From a virus (Duplodnaviria; Caudoviricetes), in IMG/VR virus record IMGVR_UViG_3300028591_000108, positions 1 through 64,000 of that record: a stretch of 64,000 nucleotides of DNA. One strand, 5' to 3'. Of the stretch, positions 25,833 to 37,068 are shown in pieces. Position numbers and translations under genes: made by a program. Under the pieces are notes generated by a model, which was not told the origin of the DNA, searched no databases, and saw nothing but the letters and a program-made list of their open reading frames with translations. Position 1 is the first letter of the stretch; every line of letters starts with the position of its first letter.

Positions 25833-25845
25833 AGGTTATTCCTCC

Positions 25846-27111
25846 TTAATTCTTACGGTACTTCTCAATGAGAAGTGCAAATTCATTTACCGCAGGTTCT
25901 GGCTGTGGAATTACATTAACTGTATTTTCTTCAGTCGTCATCTGCTTGTTAGCAAAGCTAATGGCGAGTTTACTTTCTAGCTCGCTATAAGTAAAGTTAG
26001 AAACTTCCGCACGAACTTTAGTAATTTCTTCTTCGTCAATAACTTTTTCATATTTTTCAATTAACTGATTTTTCTTCTCTTCTTCAATCGCGGCTTGTGC
26101 AGCTTCATACTGAGCAATAGAACTTTCTAATTCAGTAATGCGATTATTTGCGGTTTCGTTTGCGGCGGTAGCATCGGCAAGCGCCTGCTCCAACTCAGCA
26201 ATACGGCTCTGAGCATTCTCATAATTGGTAGTTAGCTCAGTATTAGCATTTGTTAATTCCGTAATAGAATTCTGAAGAGCTTCAAAATCAATTGGCTCAG
26301 CCGCAGGTTCTTCTGCTGATGCAGCTAAGACTGGATCATCTACTAAAGGTAATTCAGGTTCAATTGCTGATACGGCTTCTGGTTCAGCTGCAACTGGTTC
26401 AGTTACAGGTTCTTCTGCGGGAGTGCCTAAGTTATTCTCAAAATTATCCATAGGTTGTTCTCCTCCCTTTGGTTGTTTTTCCGTCTCTTCGACTAATTCC
26501 TTCAAGCCGGATAAAAGTGAAGAGAACTTTTCATATTGGGATGCATATTTATCATCGTCTTTAGAAAAGAATGTAGATACAGAGAAACAAGGCTCATGTT
26601 CTCCTATAATGCATAGCCCCATTATAGAAGCTTTGGTATAAACGAAATATTCATTATCCTCAATATTCGCCCAGTCTCCTTCAATACTATCCCTATCTAA
26701 TTCCATTGATTGATGCTATCCAACAACTAATTTAGCTTCATCGAAATATTTGTTAAAAATTACTACAGAAAAGACAGCGTATTCGCGCTCAATCCCATCT
26801 GTATCAGTAAAAGGTTGCCACCCTTCAAATGATTCTACATAGCCATAAGCGCTAGCTAGTAGTGGACCCGTGTGCCCTGCCCAGCTTTTGGATTCTGGGT
26901 CAAAAAATCCAACAACTGGGGTGTTGCCCATGGTCGCGCTGGCAATAAGTTGTTCTGCGATTTCATCTGTAATATAGGAACCATTACGATTCCCGTATTT
27001 TGTGAAAACACCAACCTTTAAGCGGCCTAATTCTGGATTACTACTAGAAATTGGCACTGTAGGAGAAGCGATGACAACGCTATCAAAATAAATAGGTATT
27101 TGTCTATCCAT
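25846..27111 (-). CDS. Prohead protease-scaffold fusion (421 aa), one in-frame TAG
   Basis: ORFs 26716..27111 and 25846..26706 join across TAG 26716 to give VVG(Q)HQSMEL. NRNGS and GLCIIGEHEPCF motifs, then an acidic coiled-coil C-terminus. Confidence 0.8.
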
Positions 27112-27122
27112 CTTAATTCTCC

Positions 27123-28646
27123 TTAACCCATGGCCGCAATATTGGCCTGAGTTTTCTCAGATTTCTCTTCATCGGGTAACTCTGGACGGCCACCTTGATT
27201 GTTCACAGTTACCGAAGTTTTTTTACTTCCACCGCCACTACCTGAATTTTCGCCACCAGGAGTAGTATAGGCAGACTATAATGGTATCATCTTGTCTGCC
27301 ATGTGAAGGAAGTCATTTTCAAAATTCATTAGACTTAACTAAGCTAATTGATCAATGCCGCTAGCGACACCAGCGCGCATTTTAGAATAGCCATACTGTG
27401 CGCCCTAGAAATACATACTTTGGTAATCTTTAATGTTAAACATAGTAGTGGGTAAGATTTCAAAACCAAACTATAGTCCTGTACGGGAAAATCTATGATT
27501 AATCTGAAATCTTATCCACGTACTATATACGTTTAGATAACCTTTCATAAGACTTTCATCCTTCTTTATGCTATACGCGAGAGTAGAACTATTCTCAGCG
27601 TTAAACAGAATTGAGCCTCTTCCTAGAGCATTCCAAGCATTCTTTGCATACTTATCAATACGATCTGCAGACTGAGATGCCGCAGAGGAATCCTAAAGAT
27701 TCTCTAATGTAGTGTCACCAAAAGTAGTCAATACATCTACAGTATCTAAGTCTTTGAGCATTTCCGCTACTCCTGCGTGGATATCTTCAACTTCTTCTAA
27801 TTCAAATACTAATTCGCCGTTATTATCTATCGGCATGCGCTAAATTAGTAATTTGTATAGCTCGTTTTCATCCCGCTTTTCTTCGCGGCCAACTGCATCT
27901 TTAAGCTTACGTAATTGAGGTATTGCAGCAATAAGTAATGGCGTTTGGTCGTCAGCAAAACAAAAATTTATGCCGCCGTCTGCGGATGAAATCATAACCC
28001 ATGGATCACTTGTTTTCTTGCTTTTCCAATTTTTCCACGCCTTTTGTACAACCTCTGGAAAGGTTAAAAGTATGCGCGCTCTTTCTTCATCATCAGAAAA
28101 CTTACGTTCAAAATAGGTTACGTTAAATTCAAGAATATTTAAATTATTATAATCCTTGAATCTCGTGCGGCAAAATTCTAGTGGCAGATCCTAAATAGAA
28201 CATTTATTTCCAACCTAACGCAAAATACCATTATACATACCGTTAATTAGCCATGCTTTTGTAATACGAGTTAAAGTATTGCGGATATCTAAACCGTCTA
28301 CAAAAGCACAAGCATTGTAGAATGCTTTAATAATCTAAGCCTTAGAACCCTTGCCTTCCTCAAAGATAGGGGTGACAATTGTATCATAGTAAGGTAAGGT
28401 GGCTAGGTAATCAATATTCTCACGATATTCACTATTTGTACGATAATAATAGCGAGATAATTGTCGTAGTGAATCTAAATCGCCAGAACGAATTATTTGT
28501 TCAATTTCTTCTAAAGAAAAATCGTGTTGACCTACTGAATTGATACGGCTATTCGCGCCGTAGCGACTAACACGATAGCTATCAATTGGTACTGACATAA
28601 TACGATTTTGTTTAGCGAAATTAACATATGGTTTGAAAGAACTCAT
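27123..28646 (-). CDS. Portal protein (507 aa), TAG-recoded
   Basis: ATG after GGGGTGAGG, TAA at 27123. LRQLSRYYYRTNSEY near the N-terminus and GGRPELPDEEKSEKT at the C-terminus. It lies between terminase and protease. Confidence 0.85.
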
Positions 28647-28651
28647 AAACC

Positions 28652-30442
28652 TCACCCCCTACTTTTAGGGCTGAAGAAAGCATATTGATTTATCTTTTTC
28701 TTCCGTTTTTTAAAAATTTCTTTATCTTCATAATATTTAATTCTATATAAAGAATATTCTAATGCAGAAAAGCGGTCTTTTTCAATTGATCTAGAAATTC
28801 TTTCAACCTTAAATTTATTTTCGACTCCAGTCGGCTTTAAACGCAAGTTATTAAGTTCATCCATTAGCCGAGAAGTCATTTCATAGGGCATCAAAAATAC
28901 GCGCCTATCATAAGGCGTCATTTTAGCACCTTTTTTCGTTTTCATTATTTTTTCTTTGACAATTCTCTCATGCGCCAAAAACGATACCGATCCAGTATTG
29001 ATTGCAGATAAGAATGCAGAATGGATTTCATCTTCATTTGAAGCACTAGCCTTAATATCATATAAAATAGCATTATAAGCAGGCACAGGCGTTTCTTGTT
29101 CAGCTTTTAATTCTGGCGGCAAATGATTTTCATTGTTAAAGGTGAAATATGCCGGAAACTACTCACCTGTGTGTGAATTATAAGATGGAAGCGCCATAGC
29201 GTCCATTAAGCCAATACCGGGACCGTTACCATCAATGACAACTTCGCGTGGATTGTATAATGAAATTAACTTTTTTATACGTGGCGCCTACTCAGTAATA
29301 AAGTTTTCACCATTAATTACTTCAGTATATACGACATTTTTCCTAAAGCGCTATTCGCCTGGTAACACCTTAATAACCATAATAGCTGTATTTGCGTGAT
29401 ATCTACCTACGTCAATTCCAATTTCATACCAAGCATCAGGATTGCTATCATTAATTATAGCCTTACGTTCGCATTTCAATAAGCGGCGATAATGGCTGAG
29501 TCTGCGACTATCTAGCCAAGCATCGGCATTATTACCGCTCCATATTGATAGCGATTCTCGCGCGAATGATTCTTCAGAAACTGTATTAGAATAACGTTGA
29601 TCCATCAATGTCGCTTTATCTAGTAGCCCATAATGTAATGGTACTTCATAAGAAAGACCCCATGAGAAATATTCCTTTGGGCGCAAAACTGCATTTACGG
29701 TAATCTCAATAAGTTTCGAGTACATAAAAACTGTACGGGAAGCGGCAGTAGTAATAAAAATCTACGTTGACGATGGCTCGTCTGGGTTTAGGCTGCCGTC
29801 AACTTCTCTACGAGCAATATTCATTTGCGGCCAAAGCACTTCATTAAATGGTACTTCTTCAATTAGTGCTGCTTCTTCTAGAATTGCTGCGGTTGCACGC
29901 AATCCACGAGATGTATCTTTAGATACAACAGAAATCATACTGCCATTTTTTAAATATAATTCGTAGTAGTTGGTACTTGCTTTTTGTCCAGTCTTTCCAT
30001 CATCCGCGCGCGTCTTTAACTCTTTGCGTAATAAAGGCCAATGTCGAAAAATTTCTTCAAATTTCGCTTCTGCGATTTTAATAACCGTACCTTTGGTATC
30101 CGATGCAATCATTATGGTAGAGCCGGGTAAGAGTACGGCGCGCAAAAAAGCACTTAAATATGCTGTAAATGATTTAGATGTAGCACGCGTAGCAGTCCAA
30201 AACGTATACCTATATCTCATTGCCGCGCGCAGTTCTATTCGCTGAAACGGCATTAAATGAAAATTCTTTGCATCAATTGTATCCTATATTGTATCTAACA
30301 ATAGGTCAGGATACAATATCCACAAGTTTAAATATTTAGTAAATAGACTTTCATTTTTATCTAAAAAGTCGCGTGTTAATGTAACGCCTTTTTCAATAAT
30401 AGTGCCATCACGAGAAAGGGACTCTTCTATATTTTCATTCAT
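28652..30442 (-). CDS. terL: Terminase large subunit (596 aa), TAG-recoded
   Basis: ORFs 29762, 29351 and 28652 are one frame. ATRATSKSF (Walker A variant), RGLRATAAILEEA (Walker B), FITTA coupling motif, nuclease motifs GIDVGR, IDGNGPG and KDRFSAL. Confidence 0.92.
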
Positions 30443-31379
30443 CTAAGCCCCCTCCCTATAGTTCTGCCGCAAGCGCGCCATCATCCTCATATTCAATATC
30501 GGCTGTCTCATCGAAATCAACTTTTTCATTTTCAATTTCTTCAAGACGCTCAGTCATATTATAGCGAGCACGTTTATCTTCAACCTATTCAGCAAAATTA
30601 CCTTCATTCATTACAAGGCGTTTCAAATAGTTTTGAATGTTTTCCATCATAAAGTCAATGGAATCTTGTGGTTCAGCGTGCCAATTTGGATGCCATCCTT
30701 TTTTGCCATAATAGACCATAAGTTCTCCAACGGATTCAAAGTCTGCCGCAGACTTAGCATTTGATGCTTCAAAATGATATGTCTTAACAATATCATCTGC
30801 CTATTTCATCATTTTAGAAACATCAATGTTTTGGCGCAATCCCTGTTTAATATGTAACTAAAGCTCACAAAAATCGCGGGCTTTTTCCTATAGAATAGGA
30901 GTTGATACATTTTGGGTTGCAACGATTTTATTATAAAAATCTTCAAGCCATAGTAATTCGTAAGGCTCGTATTCGGCACCCCATACTTTCTTTAGGTGAC
31001 GCATTTGCCCTTCAGAAATGGCCTTAATCTCATCATTAATTGTGCCCTCTTTTCGCGCGATTTCCCATCTTGTATTTTCATCCTACCATTTTAAACCTTC
31101 ATAGTGGTCATCATATAGTAAGTTAAAGTAGGCCGTAAATGTATGGTCTTTATGTTGCTCATACAACTATGTCCATTTATTAAGGTCAAATGGGAGGTCA
31201 AGCCAGCGCAGTACGCGATCAACTTCGCCTAAGTTGTCTTGTGGCGTGGTGGCCTCAAGACATGAGGTACAATATAGGGAACGATGGCCCGGGAAGAAGC
31301 GGCAAGAGGTTTCGGCGAATGCAGTAATTGGTTTTTCCTGCTTGCAGCGCAAACATTTACGTAGTTTTTTGTCTTCCAT
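30435..31379 (-). CDS. Zn-finger protein upstream of terL (314 aa), possible small terminase, TAG-recoded
   Basis: CxxC...CxxC N-terminus. The frame continues across TAGs to TGA at 30435, overlapping the terL start. Confidence 0.6.
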
Positions 31380-32649
31380 CTATTCTCAACACCTCCCCTT
31401 TTTCAATACGAAGTTGACGCTCACATTCGCGGCAGCGCGATTGAAAGCCATCTTTGCGGCCCGAATTCTTAGTAAAAAAGAGTGGATGGCGGGGTAGAAC
31501 GCGGCCGCACCTCTTACAGGCTTTGCGTTGGCTAACTGGCGTTTCGCACAATATACGATGTTTTGCGGCGGTTCGCGCAATTTCTTTTGGAATATCGTTG
31601 GCAATAATTGTGCTTAAATAAAATGTGTTGTAAGTGAAGCCAAATTCCTACATTAGCTGGTCACGTATATCTTCGCGCGGCGTTTGCTGCATTACTTTAT
31701 CTACAATGGCGCGGCGAATTGGAGTTAATGGGGTCATTTCTACGTAGCGTTCTAAATCCCAAATAAGGCAGCGCCCGTATGTATCCAACTTGTCCTTTAA
31801 CTGCTCCTTTAGCGGCAGATAATGATTCATAAGTGCATAAACATGTTTAGGGTTTTCCCAGTCAAAGTTATGGGCGCATATAACCCACTTTACCTCTAAT
31901 TGGTCGCCCTCTCCTCGTGTTTCATAGTCTGCTAGGTTGCGTGAAACGCGAGTTGTATAGGAATGGGATACACGCTCTTGCCATTTTGCGTAAGAAATCC
32001 AATATGCTGCGGCGCCATCCCAATCATAAAATTGAGCCTTTGGATGGTCAATTTTTTGGAAATGAAGCTGCGGCTTATACACATCTTTCAAATAGTATTG
32101 CGTTCTTTTCATATCAATTAGGTTATGCTTTAGGCGGTAAAGACGATAATCATCCTCAAAGAGAGGAAAGTTTTCATCCGGCGGCAATTTGCCCTATAAA
32201 ATATGAATCCATTTATCAAAGTGATCAAGGCGTTCCCATAGTTCTACCATGCCTGGAATGTCGGAGTCGCCGGGGTCAATAAGTTCACCAGTTTTTTTAT
32301 CATATTTTGGACGCCTAATAATTGGGGTAGATTTTTTATATACGTCGCGCTTGTACGCACTTCTAAATTCTTGTTCGTCGGTTGCTGGATTTTCCAACAT
32401 CTCATCAAGCGATACCACATAGTCATCGGAAGTTTTAAAGGAATTATAGCGTTTGGAGTTGTCATAGACTTCGCCTCGGCGCAAAGAGGAAAGTCCGTTT
32501 TCATCTTTACCGTATAGAATGTAGGTGGCCATTTGCTCTATATCGGTTTCAGATGGGTCGTGATCCAAAGTATCTAAAATTCCTTCAACTAACTTTAGAC
32601 GATCAGTGTCTCTTTCAATGGTGTAATCTAATGAATATGGTTTCTTCAT
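31357..32649 (-). CDS. Hypothetical protein with C-terminal Zn ribbon (430 aa), two in-frame TAGs
   Basis: ORFs 32194..32649, 31648..32187 and 31357..31551 are one frame. CKRC...CREC at the C-terminus. GGAGG RBS. Confidence 0.75.
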
Positions 32650-32675
32650 TTCATTTCAACACCTCCTTTGCTTTT

Positions 32676-32705
32676 ATTTTATCATATGGGATTGTGGTTT
32701 GTCAA
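32676..32705 (-). promoter_or_regulatory. SigmaA-type promoter for the leftward operon
   Basis: TTGACA-18 bp-TAAAAT with an extended TG on the minus strand. Confidence 0.6.
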
Positions 32706-33233
32706 GTGTTTGACTTTAATAATTTGGGTTTAATTTTGAAAGGGTTGGTGGAAAATGTGGAGGGCCCGGTTTGTTACAAAATTGTTACAAAAGTATTTCC
32801 CGAATGATACCGCCCCGTGGCTAAAATGTTACAAAAGTTTATTTTTAATTCGTTTTTTTGTAAAAAAAAACATACAGGCAAGATTTTGTCAATTCTGGAA
32901 AATTTCAAAACCAATTTTGACAAAAAATCATTTCTTTTTCCATGATTTCGGCTTTTTTGTCGGATCTGGCGAATATCTTCCCAAAATTGACTATTTACAA
33001 TAGAATGTTTTTATGTATAATAGGCACTGTCAGGAACGAGCAGTCACGCATCCGGCGGACCGAAACTGACAGACGGGAAACGTCCTACCGCGAGACGTGA
33101 AAAACGGGTAGTCTGAAATAAACAGACGAAAAGCAAAAAGTGAAAAGGCGGAGAGGGAAGGCGGCAAATTGCCTCAATAGACAACCGAACCCCTAAAGCC
33201 ACAAGCTGGACAAAATGAAAGGAGAACGAAACC

Positions 33234-33869
33234 ATGAAGAAGATTGATATCACCCCCAAGTCCAAGGTCGGAGCCCAGAAATTCAGCGCCGCCCATGACG
33301 CCTTTTTCCTCAAGCTCGAGCTTGCGCTCGAGAAGGGCTCCACCGGAGCGTACGGAGATTATCTGGACGCCATCGTTCGCCACCTGTGGAAGAAGTCCGG
33401 CATTGACGCTGATGACTTTCGTGTCCACAACAAGGGCGAGCTGGACGCCATGAGCCGGTCAAACGGCGGACTGGAGATCAAGACTGGGAACGGAATCCTT
33501 GGCTACACTCGGACGGAGACCATCAGCCCTGATTATTGCAAGCTGGCGAAGTATGTTGCCTATTGTGCGAAGCCTCAGGAGCTGGCCAGCGTGGACGATG
33601 TACTTGATTATGTGCTTATCTTTACCAGAGCGGAGTTTATTGACTTCGTCGGCACCTGCGGATTGAAGCGCAAGGCTGGCAACTTTTCCAGTGGTTGCAA
33701 GCTGGGAGTGAACAGCAAGGAGCTCAGGGAGCTGAATAAGGGCTTGCCCAGAGGCGCCAAGCTCCATGATTGCATCATGCTTCAGCCTGCGTACCTTGAG
33801 GCTCGCTGGACGGCCAGCCTGAATGGCGAGTATACCACCCTGCGGACGTTCCTTGAAGAGCATCAGTAA
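33234..33869 (+). CDS. Hypothetical protein, possible PD-(D/E)XK nuclease fold
   Basis: AAAGGAG RBS, GELDAM...GLEIKTG motif, GC-rich codon usage, followed by a GAAA-loop hairpin. Confidence 0.6.
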   Translation: MKKIDITPKSKVGAQKFSAAHDAFFLKLELALEKGSTGAYGDYLDAIVRHLWKKSGIDADDFRVHNKGELDAMSRSNGGLEIKTGNGILGYTRTETISPDYCKLAKYVAYCAKPQELASVDDVLDYVLIFTRAEFIDFVGTCGLKRKAGNFSSGCKLGVNSKELRELNKGLPRGAKLHDCIMLQPAYLEARWTASLNGEYTTLRTFLEEHQ

Positions 33870-33924
33870 GAGAGAAGGGGAGGGGCGAAAGCCCCTCCCT
33901 TGCAAAAAGAAAGGAGAAAAAGCA

Positions 33925-34098
33925 ATGAAATGGTATCAGAATTGGTTCTTCATCAAGGATGAGGGCCGCTGGCATGAGCAAGTGAATTGTACTTGCTACA
34001 GTACCGAAGAAGAAGCCCGGCAGGCCGCCGAGAACGTGATTGCGGAAGCCAGGCGCGAGGGAAAAGATATCCGGTATTGGAAAACGACGAGGACGTGA
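33925..34098 (+). CDS. Small hypothetical protein
   Basis: AAAGGAG RBS, MKWYQNWFFIK. Confidence 0.7.
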   Translation: MKWYQNWFFIKDEGRWHEQVNCTCYSTEEEARQAAENVIAEARREGKDIRYWKTTRT

Positions 34099-34143
34099 CC
34101 GGGAGGGCGAAAGCCCTCCCCTTATTATGAAAGGAGCGAAAGT

Positions 34144-34296
34144 ATGAAATATATCATTGAGGCCCTGCTGACTGATGACGAAGGACAGACCGTAACTGTC
34201 CATGAGGAATTCGATGATCGGAACAAGGCAGATCGCCGATATACCCAGTTAGCACTAAACTATGATGAACCTATCAGCTGGAAAGAGATTAAATAA
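34144..34296 (+). CDS. Small hypothetical protein (50 aa)
   Basis: AAAGGAG RBS, MKYIIEALLTDDEG. Confidence 0.65.
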   Translation: MKYIIEALLTDDEGQTVTVHEEFDDRNKADRRYTQLALNYDEPISWKEIK

Positions 34297-34314
34297 GAAA
34301 GGAAGATAGTTAAC

Positions 34315-34482
34315 ATGTTTAAGTATTCTGTTGAGTTTGGCCGTCTTGAGTATCTGTCTCGCCGCGAGTACATGTGCGGAGACTGGGAATATATCGCAAG
34401 CGAAGAGCTTGACGATGACGGCGTTCTTTACGATATTGTCCGCTCTGTGGATAATACCGACTGGCGGTATACTCAGATCTGA
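34315..34482 (+). CDS. Small hypothetical protein (55 aa)
   Basis: AAAGGAAG RBS, MFKYSVEFGRLEY, followed by a terminator with a U tract. Confidence 0.65.
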   Translation: MFKYSVEFGRLEYLSRREYMCGDWEYIASEELDDDGVLYDIVRSVDNTDWRYTQI

Positions 34483-34660
34483 ATAGGAGGGGGCAGCAGC
34501 CCCTCTTTTTTTTATTGCTTCTGTTAGCCATAGCTAACTACTTTAGCAAGCTAAAGATGTCTAATCTGGTTACTTCCGTACTTTAGCGCACTAAAGCCAT
34601 ACCAGATACGACAATGTACGATCTGGTATTTTTTAGATGTATTACATCTAATTGTGAGGA

Positions 34661-34689
34661 TTGACACACTTTGTGTTTTATGGTATAAT
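34661..34689 (+). promoter_or_regulatory. Consensus sigmaA promoter (representative of the cassette promoters)
   Basis: TTGACA-17 bp-TATAAT. Equivalent TTGACW/TTGCNN boxes start 9 bp after almost every palindrome. Confidence 0.9.
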
Positions 34690-34717
34690 GTAGAAAATGG
34701 TAAAGGGGGTTTTACTC

Positions 34718-34900
34718 ATGTGGGTTATTGGCGCGGGCATTATGGTAGGTGGGCTGTTAGCTATGCCATTAGTAGGCATTATCCCAGGGCTGGCTATTAT
34801 AGCAGCTGGAGCTGCATTAGCTGAGCTGGCAAACTATGCAGCTGAGCAAGCTGAAAGACGTAAGAAAGCTCCAACCGAATACCCAAGCTACAAGTACTAA
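34718..34900 (+). CDS. Small membrane protein
   Basis: AAAGGGGG RBS, two hydrophobic stretches. Confidence 0.65.
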   Translation: MWVIGAGIMVGGLLAMPLVGIIPGLAIIAAGAALAELANYAAEQAERRKKAPTEYPSYKY

Positions 34901-35008
34901 GCGCTTCGGCGCTTATCTTTTTTTAGATGTAATACATCTAAAAAGATGTGTTGACAAAAGAGGGTTCTTATATTATACTTATACCATCAAATGAAGGAGG
35001 TCACCACC

Positions 35009-35221
35009 ATGAAGTACTTACTGATGAGCGAATATGAGACAATGAAGGTTTATGAACTGGACAACGTGATTTACAAGAAAATCGAGTACAAGTTTGTCAA
35101 GCTGACAGGTAGCGAGCTGATAGCACAAAAGCTGATGCTCAAGTTTGGCTCTCTCACTGTTCAACAGTTGAGCTGTAATTCTCAAGTCAATATCTTTGAT
35201 TGTTTTGAGATTCTCGGATAA
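35009..35221 (+). CDS. Cassette hypothetical protein
   Basis: AAGGAGG RBS, stop inside a hairpin. Confidence 0.7.
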   Translation: MKYLLMSEYETMKVYELDNVIYKKIEYKFVKLTGSELIAQKLMLKFGSLTVQQLSCNSQVNIFDCFEILG

Positions 35222-35354
35222 CCCGAGAATCTTTTCTTTATGGGTTTAGATGTAATACATCTAAAATCAGGGTTTGACAGATATGATATTCTATGATATA
35301 CTTATACCATCAAAGAGGGAAGGAAACCCACCAAACCAGAAAGGAAGGAAAAAC

Positions 35355-35492
35355 ATGAAGACCGTAGATATTATGAAGTGGGGCAAGGGATATTATGTGA
35401 CCATGCGCATTGGATGCAATGTCCAGCGTGAGTGGTGCAAGACAAAGAAGGCCGCCGAAACTCTCATGAAAAAGTGGCAGAAAGGGGAGTGA
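35355..35492 (+). CDS. Cassette small basic protein (45 aa)
   Basis: AAAGGAAGG RBS, TGA in the terminator loop. Confidence 0.7.
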   Translation: MKTVDIMKWGKGYYVTMRIGCNVQREWCKTKKAAETLMKKWQKGE

Positions 35493-35617
35493 TCCCCTTT
35501 CTTTTATTATACCAGTTTAGATGTAATACATCTAAATATATAGATTGACATATATAGGCATATAATGTATACTACACTTGTCCGAAGGGACAATACAGAA
35601 AGAAAGAGGTAAGTACC

Positions 35618-35986
35618 ATGAAAAACAGCACTCTGATTAAACTCGTTACCGTCACTTGCGCTTGTATCCTTGCGCTCTTTGCGTGCTTTCCTGCGGAAGC
35701 CGAGCGAGCAGCCGCACAGGAAAAAGCCGAACTTGATCATGGCGAGATGTATCCAAAACTTACAGTAGTAATTGAATCAATCAAGATGGATGATCTATGG
35801 CTTATCTCGTGCCGTGACAGAGAAGGCAATGTGTGGACTTTTTGGGATGATGAAGATACTTGGGCCTACGGCGATATAGCCAATCTTCTGATGTGGGATC
35901 TTGAAGAAGAGGAAATTATTGAGGTATATTGGGAAGGATATACAGAGAATGTAGAGTTATTCTTCCAAACTATGGGATGGCGCTAA
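35618..35986 (+). CDS. Cassette protein with N-terminal signal/TM segment
   Basis: GAGGT RBS, hydrophobic N-terminus. Confidence 0.75.
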   Translation: MKNSTLIKLVTVTCACILALFACFPAEAERAAAQEKAELDHGEMYPKLTVVIESIKMDDLWLISCRDREGNVWTFWDDEDTWAYGDIANLLMWDLEEEEIIEVYWEGYTENVELFFQTMGWR

Positions 35987-36103
35987 CGCGCCTTCCTACT
36001 TATTTAGATGTAATACATCTAAAAACAAGCATTGACATATAGATAAAAGTGAGTATAATTATACTTGTCCAAAGGGACAAAGAAAAGAAAGGGGAATTTC
36101 AAA

Positions 36104-36271
36104 ATGAAAACCTATTACTGGATGCACAAAGAATATGGTCACCTTGTTCCCGAAACCGATCTGTATAAGGATGCCGAAGAATTAGGTTATGATGATGTAA
36201 CTGACCCTTGTTCCGTAGAATACGGTAATTTCAATTTGTATTATGAAAAAACCAACATGACGGTCGAATGA
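36104..36271 (+). CDS. Cassette hypothetical protein
   Basis: AAAGGGG RBS, stop in a hairpin. Confidence 0.7.
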   Translation: MKTYYWMHKEYGHLVPETDLYKDAEELGYDDVTDPCSVEYGNFNLYYEKTNMTVE

Positions 36272-36391
36272 CCGTCATTTCCCCAAATTAGATGTAATAC
36301 ATCTAATAACAGGGATTGCAATTTCATTCTCTTTTTGATATACTAACATCATGAAAAAGGGATTGAAAAAAAATCCCGAATTGAGAGGAGA

Positions 36392-36619
36392 ATGGTCATG
36401 ATACTGTTTGAAGAAAAAATGTTGGATGCAAATAAGATTTTCTCCGCCGAAATTATTGATCATTTCAATTCAAAAAAAGTCTATTATAATTCTATTCTAA
36501 TGATTCATTTTCTTCCCGAAATGAAAATACCACATATAGACTTTGATTATAAAACTCACGAAGAAGCACTTTCAAAATTAAATCAACTTGTAACTTTGAT
36601 CAATTTACAGAGAAAATGA
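36392..36619 (+). CDS. Cassette hypothetical protein
   Basis: GAGGAG RBS, AT-rich. Confidence 0.65.
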   Translation: MVMILFEEKMLDANKIFSAEIIDHFNSKKVYYNSILMIHFLPEMKIPHIDFDYKTHEEALSKLNQLVTLINLQRK

Positions 36620-36767
36620 ATCCCATAACGGCATTGATAATGCCGTTATTTCATTTCCAATTCTTAGATGTAATACATCTAATTATCGCACTTGCACTGT
36701 TCCCATATCTACGATATAATATACTTGTCCGAAGGGGGACAATTTGAAAATGAAAAGGAGAAAAACA

Positions 36768-36950
36768 ATGAAAATCATCTTAAAGTATCAGGCTCCCGAA
36801 ACCAAGATTGAAGGATACAAGTTTTCCGCTGTTTACGATGAGACTGAGATTGACGAGGCTCTCTCCGAATTACAGGCCGCGCGCAAGTATGGATATGAAA
36901 TTACTTGTTGGACATTAGTTCATAATGAGGACGTTGAAAACGTCCTCTAA
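36768..36950 (+). CDS. Cassette hypothetical protein
   Basis: AAAGGAG RBS. Confidence 0.7.
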   Translation: MKIILKYQAPETKIEGYKFSAVYDETEIDEALSELQAARKYGYEITCWTLVHNEDVENVL

Positions 36951-37068
36951 TTTTATTTCCAATTCTTAGATGTAATACATCTAATTTACTCTCTTGACTT
37001 TTCCCAAAAGTTCCTTTATAATCGGGTTGTACCCGATGAGGTACCGAAGAGAAAAGGAGGAAACAAAA

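Noticed and set aside
2084-31497. Plus-strand ORFs over the structural module (e.g. 2084, 4776, 8013, 23570, 29970)
   Set aside because: They are antisense shadows of the real minus-strand genes, with no RBS or recognisable motifs
1-32649. Pseudogenised or decayed prophage structural genes
   Set aside because: The interruptions seen are in-frame TAG, with no frameshifts and intact catalytic motifs, which fits recoding
34633-34651. Palindrome as a canonical parS, dif or loxP site
   Set aside because: It does not match those consensus sequences, and the fixed phasing to -35 boxes is not expected for them
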